DNA of 24,653 bases from Abditibacteriaceae bacterium (GCA_031425655.1 JANPJS010000179.1:1-24653); one strand, 5' to 3'; shown: positions 1 to 11,156, numbered from the stretch's first letter. Notes: generated by a model from the sequence alone, not told the origin. Numbers and translations are program-made.

Positions 1-128
1 GGGCGTTTTTCATTCTGAGCTTGCGAATAATCTATAATCTCATCACACCGCGAATAGATTCTTCGCAAGCTCATAATGACAAACGCCTTTTGCTTTGCCT
101 CACGCCTGACTTTTCAAACAGTCTCTAA
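1..128. mobile_element. Right part of a MITE-like element carrying a 34-bp REP-like inverted repeat (cut by window start)
   Basis: Arms 2-35 (ggcgtttttcattctgagcttgcgaataatctat) and 54-87 (atagattcttcgcaagctcataatgacaaacgcc) are reverse complements with 3 mismatches. 111-128 ttttcaaacagtctc|taa reads tta|GAGACTGTTTGAAAA on the minus strand, similar to the tta|GAGTCTGT end at 22850. The other end is outside the window. Confidence 0.6.
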
Positions 129-131
129 CGC

Positions 132-575
132 CTACTTGTCCAGAATTCTTTTAAGTCCCTGAAAGACTTCGGCGGCTTCGGCCTGTTCCAAAGCGTCGGG
201 GTCGGTGCCGGGCGGTAGATGAGACAGTATCTCGTCCGGCAGTGAGTAATCAACGTGGAGCGAAAGTTTGGTGCCGTCCCCATCGGCTTCGGCACGGTAA
301 AGCCACGAACTTTGCGCGCCGCCTTCGGTTTCAAAGGCATACATCCGGCCTGCTTCATAGCCGGTGCAGCGCGCTGTGCCCTCGAACTCCATGCCCAGAG
401 CCGTGAACTTCCATCTCCATTGCTGCGAGGCCGGGTCATCACCGCCTTGTAACAGCGTAATCTCTTTCAAAGCATTCACATATTGCTGGCGGTTGCGAAC
501 ATCGCCTAAGAATCCTATGACGGCTTCAGGCGTGTTGGCGATGTAAGTTTGGGCGTTGACGCTGCGGTTAATCAT
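132..575 (-). CDS. SRPBCC (START/polyketide cyclase-dehydrase fold) family protein
   Basis: 147 aa with the SRPBCC pattern (I.A.PE.V..F..D..N, beta-rich middle, GTKLSLHVDY, C-terminal helix LKRILD). AGGAGA RBS 5 nt upstream. Confidence 0.85.
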   Translation of the reverse strand: MINRSVNAQTYIANTPEAVIGFLGDVRNRQQYVNALKEITLLQGGDDPASQQWRWKFTALGMEFEGTARCTGYEAGRMYAFETEGGAQSSWLYRAEADGDGTKLSLHVDYSLPDEILSHLPPGTDPDALEQAEAAEVFQGLKRILDK

Positions 576-620
576 CTCATTCTCCTTGTGATTTCACGGT
601 CGGGCACTGCCGAACTTGGC

Positions 621-2087
621 TTAAACACCTGGGCCAAACGACGTTGGCAGAGCAAATAAATCTTCTTCGCGGGCAGCGGCCTGTGGCTGATGGGTCTGGC
701 GCCGCGCACGCAATAAATCGCGGTAGTGGCGCTTGCGGATAGTCAGGGCCTGCGCGTTCCATGTCTCGCGCCACAATTGCATCACCCCCTCTTCCAATTG
801 TTCCACGCTCATCTGCAATGGCCGCAAATTCACATCGAAGAGCGTGCAGCGATCCCATTGGCCAGGGTAGAGCAAGCGGCCTTCGCTCTTCAAACGCTCG
901 TAAAGCCGTGTGCCGGGAAAGGGCGTCAGTATTGTGATTTGCACTTCAAGCAGACGCGAGCGCTCGATGAACTCGCGCAGTTCGTCGAAGATGGAAGGAG
1001 TGTCGGCATCGAGTCCGACAATGAAACAACCGCACACGCTGATGCCGCGTGCCTGGATTTTTTCAATGGCTTCCAGATAGCGCACATGCTGACGCGACTT
1101 CCAGTTGACACGGTCCATGCCGTCTAAACCGGCCTGGCGCGGGCTTTCAAAGCCAATGAGCACCTGGCGGCAGCCGCTGGGATATAGCAGATCGAGCAAC
1201 TCCTCGTCATCGGCAACCGAAACGTCGGTCTCGGTAAAATAACGCAGATCACGATCCGCCAACTCGCGCAGCAGGTGCTTGGCCCACGGCTTGTGGACAA
1301 AGGTGTTATCGTCGGCGAACTCGATGAACGGCTGGCGCCAGAGGGCACGAATGGCATCAATTTCCTGCAGCACACGCTCGACCGGCTTGATGCGGTAGCG
1401 AGGCCCGTAGAGTTTGGAGGCCGCGCAAAACTCGCAGTCCCACGGGCAGCCGCGCGTGGTTTGCACCGTGATGCGATTGTAGGTGCCGAAGCGGTGGATT
1501 TCGCCGGTTTGTAGCGGGTCGCGAACGCTGGTTGCCGGCATTTCGGGCGTTATCGGTGGGCCGCATAGCAGGTCGAAACGCGGCATCGGCGCGTGGCTCA
1601 AGTCGTATTGACCAGGATGAGCTTCGCGGTAAATCGGTTGGAGGTTCGCTTTGCCGCCGGTCTGAAAATCATGCACCAATTGCGGCCAGGTCGTTTCGCC
1701 TTCACCGGCAACCACGGCATCGGCGTGTTGAGCAACTTCAAGCGGCAGAATCGAAGCGTGTAAACCCCCGAACGCCACCGGCATACCTCGCTCGCGGTAA
1801 GCATCGGCGACCAGGTAAGCGTCGAAAGCGCGCGCCGTGTAGGTGGAGAGCGCAATCAGATCGAAGTCGAGGCGCGGGTTTGCCGCAAAGGCATGGACAT
1901 CGTCCACTTCGAGATACTCGACCTCAACGCCTTCGGGTGTCGCTCCTGCCATAGTCAGCAGCGCGAGGCTGGGCAACTGCGCTACGACGCGCCCGCGATT
2001 GATGAACTGCGGCAGCGTCACCCCCAGTTCAATGAACTTGCGAGTCTGCATCTTAACCCCGGCGATAGCAATCAGCCCGATCTTCAT
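621..2087 (-). CDS. B12-binding domain radical SAM protein
   Basis: CPWDCEFC (CxxxCxxC) after VQTTRG. N-terminal cobalamin-binding motifs GGLHAS and DAVVAGEGE. Also FADDN, IGFES and TPFPGTRLY. Confidence 0.93.
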   Translation of the reverse strand: MKIGLIAIAGVKMQTRKFIELGVTLPQFINRGRVVAQLPSLALLTMAGATPEGVEVEYLEVDDVHAFAANPRLDFDLIALSTYTARAFDAYLVADAYRERGMPVAFGGLHASILPLEVAQHADAVVAGEGETTWPQLVHDFQTGGKANLQPIYREAHPGQYDLSHAPMPRFDLLCGPPITPEMPATSVRDPLQTGEIHRFGTYNRITVQTTRGCPWDCEFCAASKLYGPRYRIKPVERVLQEIDAIRALWRQPFIEFADDNTFVHKPWAKHLLRELADRDLRYFTETDVSVADDEELLDLLYPSGCRQVLIGFESPRQAGLDGMDRVNWKSRQHVRYLEAIEKIQARGISVCGCFIVGLDADTPSIFDELREFIERSRLLEVQITILTPFPGTRLYERLKSEGRLLYPGQWDRCTLFDVNLRPLQMSVEQLEEGVMQLWRETWNAQALTIRKRHYRDLLRARRQTHQPQAAAREEDLFALPTSFGPGV

Positions 2088-2165
2088 ACAGAACCCCCGG
2101 CCATCCCATTGGCGTTTTCTGCGAGTGTATCTCAGAGAAAGTAATCCTTCATGACAATAATGCGC

Positions 2166-3455
2166 TCACGACTGGGACCGGGCGGGCGGGCTTGCCAGCC
2201 CCAGACATAGCAGTGCCGCAACAGCCACAACGGCTGGCCCGACTCCAAGTAACCATGTCGGGAGCCACGCGCAGGCAACAAGGACAATGACCACTACAGT
2301 GATTGTGGTGCCCGCCATCAGAAGAACTGTTCCTGCACTCCGCAGCCACTGTCGCCGTGACGGGTCTCCGATCTCCTGCGACGCGGCGGCTTCCATTTCG
2401 CGTGACAGAAAAATGCCAAGCAATCCCAGCACAATACAGTAGGCATGGCCCAGGCGCGACAGCCGGCGTGCGAAGTCATTATATTCGCCCAGAAAACCGG
2501 GCGATGCCACAGGCCCGTCGAAGGCATACAAGCCCATAGTGAGACCGACAGACATACTGGCTCCTATCAGCGCCCAGCCCCAGAACTCCAATCCCCTGAG
2601 CCGCGCCAGCACTGCGCCGATAATTGTCCCGTAGAAGATCGAAAATGCCGGCAGGGGCAGCAGATATTTGAAATGCACGCTTGTAAAAGCGGCCAGAGAC
2701 AGAATAACCGGCATTCCCAGCGCTCCGGCCAACATCGCGACGCGACCGCGCGCGGCGTGCTTGCTGTGGATTTGCCCCTCGCGCGTCATCAAGCTCCCAT
2801 ACAGTAGTGCCAGCACCGACAGCGCAATGGCAGCGGCGCGGGCGAGACGCAGCATGCGCAGGCGCACGCCGTCCTCAGCGCCCAGCAATGTCGGCATCAG
2901 TGACGGACTGGCCGCAAAAACGCCCATCATGGCATCAATCAGCATTCCAAAGGTAATCGCGACTAAAACCACGCGCAAACCCCATAGATCGCGCTGCAAC
3001 GATTGCTCCCCGGCTCCGATGGGTTGCGTCCAGCAAATCCGTGCCAGCAGGCCAAAGCCCACCGCGTTGAAGAGTGCCCCGACGGGAATCAGCCAGGTGC
3101 CGGACGGCCAGCCAATGGCCAGCGCGTAGCCCAGACTGTAAACAATGGCCCCGGCTCCGGTGATACAGGCTGTAAAGCGGCACACGCCGGCGGAAAAAAT
3201 GGGATGGGCAAGGATAGACCCCAGAATGAGCTGTAGAAACGCCATACCCACCACGACCGCCTGCGCCTGGCGCGCGGCCATGCGGGCACTGCCGGGTAAG
3301 GCAGCGGGATGAGCTTCACTCAGCGACCACGGGTCCAGCCAGATCGCCCACACGAAACCACTAACCAGTAAAAGCCAACCGATGTGGCGGTTCCATCGCG
3401 CCTCGACCACGTTCATAGCGCCTCTTTGGATTCTGTTTTTCATAATGTGTTGCAA
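2166..3455 (-). CDS. Polytopic membrane protein, ~12 TM, three internal ~140-aa repeats; true start probably 3443 or 3416
   Basis: Highly hydrophobic ORF. Repeated motif RMAARQAQA / RMLRLARA / RRLSRLGHA. AAGAGG precedes the ATG at 3416, and the annotated start overlaps the res-like repeat. Confidence 0.8.
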   Translation of the reverse strand: MQHIMKNRIQRGAMNVVEARWNRHIGWLLLVSGFVWAIWLDPWSLSEAHPAALPGSARMAARQAQAVVVGMAFLQLILGSILAHPIFSAGVCRFTACITGAGAIVYSLGYALAIGWPSGTWLIPVGALFNAVGFGLLARICWTQPIGAGEQSLQRDLWGLRVVLVAITFGMLIDAMMGVFAASPSLMPTLLGAEDGVRLRMLRLARAAAIALSVLALLYGSLMTREGQIHSKHAARGRVAMLAGALGMPVILSLAAFTSVHFKYLLPLPAFSIFYGTIIGAVLARLRGLEFWGWALIGASMSVGLTMGLYAFDGPVASPGFLGEYNDFARRLSRLGHAYCIVLGLLGIFLSREMEAAASQEIGDPSRRQWLRSAGTVLLMAGTTITVVVIVLVACAWLPTWLLGVGPAVVAVAALLCLGLASPPARSQS

Positions 3456-3499
3456 AAACCTATTGCATTATTGCACTATTTTGCAATAGATTTTTGCAA
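3450..3499. promoter_or_regulatory. 18-bp inverted repeat upstream of the resolvase; probable res subsite / resolvase operator
   Basis: ttgcaaaaacctattgca (3450-3467) and tgcaatagatttttgcaa (3482-3499), 1 mismatch, AT-rich, 26 nt before the resolvase ATG. Confidence 0.6.
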
Positions 3500-3525
3500 T
3501 CAAAGGAACACCAGAAGGAACGACA

Positions 3526-3795
3526 ATGCTGATTGGTTATGAGCGTGTTTCCACGCAAGAACAAGATAACGCCGCCCAAGTCGCCGCACTCAAGGCGGCT
3601 GGCTGCGAACTCATCTTTCAAGAGAAGGTTTCCAGTGGACGCTGGGAACGCCCGGAACTTCATCGCCTCATAGGGCAATTGCGCAAAAACGATGTTATCG
3701 TGGTCTGGAAATTAGATCGCTTGTCACGATCCCTCAAGGATGTGTTGCTCTTGCATGGAAAAAATTCAGGAGGCAGGCGCGGGTTTCATCAATAG
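3526..3795 (+). pseudogene. Serine recombinase (resolvase/invertase), frameshifted and truncated
   Basis: GYERVSTQEQ catalytic Ser motif and VVWKLDRLSRS. The homologous continuation MEKIQEAGAGF lies in the +1 frame from 3755. No C-terminal HTH follows. Confidence 0.88.
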
Positions 3796-3933
3796 TGGAG
3801 GCGTGGATGTGGGGCCGGGCATTGATGCGGTAACCGCAGGAGAAATCGTTGACCAGCGTTACCGTTGGTGAATTGTTAGAATGGGCAGTGCGCTCCGGCT
3901 TAAAACTGAGCCTGAGTCGCCAGAGGTGAACCT

Positions 3934-4152
3934 ATGACACTCACTCTTGAGATCGCGCCCGAAGTCGAAGCGGCGCTCACTGAGAAGGCGCGCTGTCGCG
4001 GTTTGGCGCTCAACGCTTATTCGATGTCTTTAGCCGATGCTTTTTGCGTGGCTCTGGCGGCGCGTGTGAACGCCAAATTAGTCACCAGCGACCGGCACGA
4101 ACTTGAACCGCTTTTGGATGATGGCGTGGCAAACATTACGTTTATCCCATGA
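3934..4152 (+). pseudogene. Fusion remnant of an antitoxin-like N-terminus and a PIN/VapC toxin C-terminus
   Basis: MTLTLEIAPEVEAALTEKAR.RGL (antitoxin-like) joined to SLADAFCVALA....AKLVTSD..EL (PIN C-terminal motif). The PIN N-terminal acidic residues are absent. Confidence 0.65.
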
Positions 4153-4319
4153 ACGACTCTCGCACTCCCTTTGACCTGCCCTCGTGCCCCAAATGCAGCG
4201 GCGGGGTCATGCGTCGCAGTAAAAAGCCGCGACGTTTGGACTGGCTGTTTAGGTTGCTTGGAAAGCGGCCCTTCACCTGTAGCCGTTGTGGATTTCGCAC
4301 TTATCGGAAATCGAAATGA
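4149..4319 (+). CDS. Small basic zinc-ribbon protein (56 aa), not in the ORF track
   Basis: Manual translation MNDSRTPFDLPSCPKCSGGVMRRSKKPRRLDWLFRLLGKRPFTCSRCGFRTYRKSK*. Two CxxC pairs. ATGA overlap with the upstream stop. Confidence 0.7.
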   Translation: MNDSRTPFDLPSCPKCSGGVMRRSKKPRRLDWLFRLLGKRPFTCSRCGFRTYRKSK

Positions 4320-4416
4320 GTGATATGCACATAGAACCGGAGGAGGCCCGTCAAGAGCCGATGAGCGCCGCCGCCTCAAGGGTGTCGGACTTTGGCGAGC
4401 CTAATTGGAGTGATCT

Positions 4417-4950
4417 ATGAATAAAACACAGGCAGCGGAATTTTTAGGGGTATCAGTGCGCGCTGTGGAACGCTTTTCGTCAGGGGGGCGGCTCCCGTCG
4501 CGCTATGTGCGTGGCAAAACCGGGCAAGTTCTCGACTTCGAGCAAGCGGATTTAGAGGCACTTAAAACCGAACTGGAAACGCCGGTTGCAAGAGCCACGA
4601 CAGGCACCGCAGAGTCCCGACAAGGCGTGCCGGATGGTGAGGGCCGGCAAGACGTGTCTCAAGACACGTCTCAGGCTCTGGCGACACTTGGCGGAGCTGA
4701 TTCCGGCGCGATGGCGCAGTTCATCGAAGCCTTAGCATCGGCATCATTCGACAAGGGGCGTCAGACGAGACTTGTCGCGGTTTCTGACAAGCTAATGCTG
4801 ACGGTAGATGAGGCCGCAGCCTTCGCGGGCGTGGGACGACGCGCCATAGATAACGCCATCAAGGCCGGCAATTTGACAGCGCATCGCGGCCTGGGGCAGG
4901 GTCGGCGCATCAAGAAGCGCGCGGTCGAAACGTGGATTAAGAAGTTGTGA
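4417..4950 (+). CDS. Helix-turn-helix protein with two excisionase/MerR-like (HTH_17-type) domains
   Basis: N-terminal MNKTQAAEFLGVSVRAVER and C-terminal LTVDEAAAFAGVGRRAIDNAIKAGNL...RRI, separated by a low-complexity linker. GGAG RBS. Confidence 0.8.
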   Translation: MNKTQAAEFLGVSVRAVERFSSGGRLPSRYVRGKTGQVLDFEQADLEALKTELETPVARATTGTAESRQGVPDGEGRQDVSQDTSQALATLGGADSGAMAQFIEALASASFDKGRQTRLVAVSDKLMLTVDEAAAFAGVGRRAIDNAIKAGNLTAHRGLGQGRRIKKRAVETWIKKL

Positions 4951-4992
4951 CAGCGCCTTTGACTTTAGTTGATCGGAAGGAAGTGAAGCATT

Positions 4993-5223
4993 ATGTCTGA
5001 ATCTTCTTTATTTGCTTGGGAGCATTGCACCGTTGAATGGCTGTGGATGGAAGGCAGTATTCGCGTCAATTTGCCCGGCATAGAAGAATCATCGCAAGAC
5101 GGGAGCTACCAAGAGGTCGTGGAATTACTGAGCGAATTAGGACATCAGGGTTGGGAAGTCGTGACCTGCGTTGGTGTCAGCAATTGGCTGTTTTGGACTC
5201 TTAAACGGCAGTTCATGGGGTAA
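4993..5223 (+). CDS. Small hypothetical protein (DUF4177-like motif)
   Basis: LSELGHQGWEVV...LKR resembles the L.eLG..GWElV motif. GGAAG upstream. Confidence 0.6.
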   Translation: MSESSLFAWEHCTVEWLWMEGSIRVNLPGIEESSQDGSYQEVVELLSELGHQGWEVVTCVGVSNWLFWTLKRQFMG

Positions 5224-5287
5224 CCACGCGAATCGAAGCGCAACGGCCAGCCGAGGCGCCAACGTCGGGCGGGTAGGGCAACAAAGC

Positions 5288-5692
5288 ATGAGAAAATCAA
5301 AGCGGGCAAGCCCAAAGAGTGAGGCGCACGACCAATACTCAGTGCAGACAGGGCAGGAAAGCAAGGCTATGCTGCAAGCCCTCGCAGACGGCAAAAGCGG
5401 GCGCAATTGGCGAACCGACGTTGACGCCTCCGTGCGCGTCCATCAAGCACAGGGCGCCCGCCATCACGTGCAATTGGCATTGACCGACGATGAACGATAC
5501 CGGGGCATGATGCCTGAAATTCTCGAAAGCGCGACCCTGACGCGCGATGCCGACGAAGATTTCATGTTGCTTTACATCACGCGCATTTTGCAGCCGTCGC
5601 AGCCAGTTCCCGGCACGCTCCGCGCCGCCGCGATGGTGGATTTGGACGACGTAATCAAAGCCGTCGGGTGGATGCCATTAAGTAGTCCGTAA
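5288..5692 (+). pseudogene. Hypothetical mobile-element protein truncated by a MITE (start uncertain: 5171, 5288 or 5369)
   Basis: Protein-like ORF whose last codons (tta agt agt ccg taa) come from the MITE terminus at 5679-5692. Confidence 0.5.
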
Positions 5693-5841
5693 TCCAAGTT
5701 GCATGGCATTTTTCATTAACTGTCAGAGCGGGGCTAACGCCCACTTCCAAACGAGTTAGTTCTTACGTTGACTGCACTGTTTGGAAGTGGGCGTTAACCC
5801 CGCTCCTCCAAGACAAGGGAATTTAAATTACAGACTAATTA
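5679..5841. mobile_element. MITE-like element copy 1 with an internal 27-bp REP-like doublet
   Basis: Ends taagtagtccgtaatccaa / ttaaattacagactaatta form imperfect TIRs with TA at both borders. Internal arms 5726-5752 and 5779-5805 are inverted with 1 mismatch. A second copy lies at 24551-24653. Confidence 0.85.
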
Positions 5842-5889
5842 GTATGACATTGGATTGCAGGAAATTTCGCACGAGTTCTGCGTTGCGAT

Positions 5890-7401
5890 TCAACGGATCA
5901 GGCCGGGAATGACGTGGCCATGCACATCGGTCAGGCGGCGGTCAATGCCGTTTTGGAGCCACGTTAATTTGGTGTGGTCGAGGCCGAGAAGTTGGAGCAT
6001 CGTGGCGTGAATGTCATAGACCTGCGTGGCGTTGTTGCGGTCGAGCGGCTTGTAGCCCCATTGGTCGCTTTCGCCGACGGTCACGCCGCCTTTGATGCCG
6101 CCGCCGCACAGCCAATTAGTGAAAACATACGGGTTATGATCGCGGCCTTTGCCGCCCTGCGTGCTGGGCATCCGGCCAAATTCGGTCGTCCATAAAACGA
6201 TGGTATCTTCGAGCATTCCGCGCTGCTTCAAGTCCTGAATCAGTGCCGCCGTCCCGCGCGCCATGCCAACCGAAAGCGGCCCGTGATCGCGTTCGATGTC
6301 TTCGTGAGAATCCCAGTTGCGGCGCGGAAATCCGTTGTCGTTGCCGCTCCAAATCTGCACGAAGCGCACGCCGCGCTCCAACAATCGTCGCGCGGTCAGG
6401 CATTTTTGCGCGAAGTAAAAACTTTCTTCTTCGGCGTTGATTTCCGCCGGCCAGTTTTGCGGCCCGCGCTCCAACCCATAAAGTTTGAGAACGTGCGCCG
6501 GCTCGTTTTTCAAGTCGAGCGCTTCGGGCGCGGCGAGCTGCATTTTGGCGGCAAGTTCGTAGCTGCGAATGCGGGCTTCCAAGCGCGCATCGCCTTCGCG
6601 CGTTTTGGCGTGCTGGCGGTTCAAATCGGCCATCAACGCCTGCGCTTCAGCTTCGCTATCCGACGAAATATAGCCGCCGTTTTTAGTGGGGCGCAAATCG
6701 GCGACGGGCGTTTCGCTGCCCGGATAAATCACGGCGCCGCTGTGCTGCGACGGCAAAAAAGCCGCATCCCAATTCTTCACGCCGTTGCTGGCAAAACCGC
6801 GATGGTCGGGCAAAACCACGAACGTCGGCAGATTTTGATTGAGCGAACCCAGTCCGTAGCTGACCCAGCAGCCCATTCCGGGAAAGCCGGGAAGCTGAAA
6901 ACCCGTCGCCTGCAAAAGTGTGCCCTGCGAGTGGATTCCGGTTTTGCCGACCATGTTGTGAACCCACGCGATGTCGTCCACACACGCGCCCAGCGGCGCC
7001 ACAACTTCGCTGAGCATCTTGCCGCTTTGCCCGTAATGCTTAAAGTCCCAAATCGGCTTGAGCCAGGGGCCAAGCCCGTTTTGAAATACTTCGACTTTTT
7101 CGCCGAAATCGCTGGGTTTGCCGTGATTTTTGACCAATTCCGGCTTGTAATCCCATAAATCAAGGTGGCTGGCCGCGCCTGACATGAAAAGCTGAATCAC
7201 GCGCTTGGCTTTGGCCGGAAAAACACGCGCAGCATGACGCGGCGATGCTTCATCCGCAAGCGCCTCACTCTTTTCGCTGCCCAGCATGGCCGCGAGCGCC
7301 AGACCGCCCAAACCGCCGCCGCTTTGCCACAGAAATTCGCGGCGCGTCAAGCCCGGCTTTTGTTGGGGTTGGTGAAAAGGCGAATCGTTATGCATAAGCA
7401 T
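5890..7401 (-). CDS. DUF1501 domain protein (sulfatase-like fold), Tat-type N-terminus
   Basis: [69 protein letters not shown]. Confidence 0.92.
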   Translation of the reverse strand: MLMHNDSPFHQPQQKPGLTRREFLWQSGGGLGGLALAAMLGSEKSEALADEASPRHAARVFPAKAKRVIQLFMSGAASHLDLWDYKPELVKNHGKPSDFGEKVEVFQNGLGPWLKPIWDFKHYGQSGKMLSEVVAPLGACVDDIAWVHNMVGKTGIHSQGTLLQATGFQLPGFPGMGCWVSYGLGSLNQNLPTFVVLPDHRGFASNGVKNWDAAFLPSQHSGAVIYPGSETPVADLRPTKNGGYISSDSEAEAQALMADLNRQHAKTREGDARLEARIRSYELAAKMQLAAPEALDLKNEPAHVLKLYGLERGPQNWPAEINAEEESFYFAQKCLTARRLLERGVRFVQIWSGNDNGFPRRNWDSHEDIERDHGPLSVGMARGTAALIQDLKQRGMLEDTIVLWTTEFGRMPSTQGGKGRDHNPYVFTNWLCGGGIKGGVTVGESDQWGYKPLDRNNATQVYDIHATMLQLLGLDHTKLTWLQNGIDRRLTDVHGHVIPGLIR

Positions 7402-7457
7402 GGAACTAAAACGTAACTAAAAGACCGAAGTGACAAGAAGAACACAGGTTCGATCCA

Positions 7458-7835
7458 CTAATATGATCCTGTCTCGACTTCATTCAACTCTTCTTTCTTT
7501 TCCTCAAAATACCAATCAATATTTCTGTAAACGAAGTCGTGATACTCGTATCCTTTCAGTGGCATATGTAGAATTTCGACTTCACCAAGACCGTGATTTG
7601 AAGTTGAGGGACGCTCAGCAAAGCAAAGCTCTGGGTAAATTTTCATGTGATTGTGTTTGAACCAACCAGCATCCAGAAAATATCCATTTTCAAAAATGTA
7701 GTCGGAACAAATCTCCTTCCGGACTTCTACATCGTCTATTCCATGGCTTTTTAATATCTCGTTTAGCCGCGAGATTTCTATGCACTGATAAATTGTCTGC
7801 ATTTCTTCTGTTGTGTCGCTTTGGTTAATTCTCAT
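7458..7835 (-). CDS. AT-rich acidic hypothetical protein
   Basis: Intact 125-aa ORF filling the gap between the PSD1 and DUF1501 genes on the same strand. Visibly more AT-rich than the flanks. Confidence 0.7.
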   Translation of the reverse strand: MRINQSDTTEEMQTIYQCIEISRLNEILKSHGIDDVEVRKEICSDYIFENGYFLDAGWFKHNHMKIYPELCFAERPSTSNHGLGEVEILHMPLKGYEYHDFVYRNIDWYFEEKKEELNEVETGSY

Positions 7836-7867
7836 GTTTCAATGAATTCCTATTAGTTTTGCACCCC

Positions 7868-10909
<3,042 letters not shown>

Positions 10910-11156
10910 GGTGCTCTGCACTGCTTCGACTGCACTTCCGTTGCCTCGTCGCGCGCATTCGGCAGAGTATGGCGCAATCCGCAGAAATCGGCGTGTCAAT
11001 TTGCGCGGTCTGGGCAAATTGCGTGACACTCGCTCCTCACGCGGCGGCAAACTGTGGTTTCGCCTTGCCAAAGACGAGATTATCATCGAGATGCTGCTGG
11101 CCAATGGACATTCTTACGCTTCGCCCGGAGCCGAAACTCATCAAAAAGGCAACGCA

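Noticed and set aside
621..2087. Naming the radical SAM as hpnP/hpnR/bchE
   Set aside because: Only family-level motifs are visible, and there are no hopanoid or bacteriochlorophyll genes in the window.
3526..5692. Intact prophage, transposon or defence system
   Set aside because: No integrase, transposase, structural or recognisable defence genes; only fragments remain.
5726..5805. CRISPR-like repeat (GTTT.../...AAAC ends around a 26-nt spacer)
   Set aside because: Only two units, inverted rather than direct. The same spacer recurs at the window end and there are no cas genes.
6283..7158. Long antisense ORFs (also 20166-21185, 12360-13067, 17356-18045, 14710-15330)
   Set aside because: Shadow frames opposite well-supported genes in GC-rich DNA, with no recognisable motifs.
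10910..11156. Apparent overlap of the PSD1 (to 11104) and PhyH (from 10908) ORFs
   Set aside because: The extensions lack family features. Starts at 10909 (-) and 11157 (+) give an ordinary divergent intergenic region.
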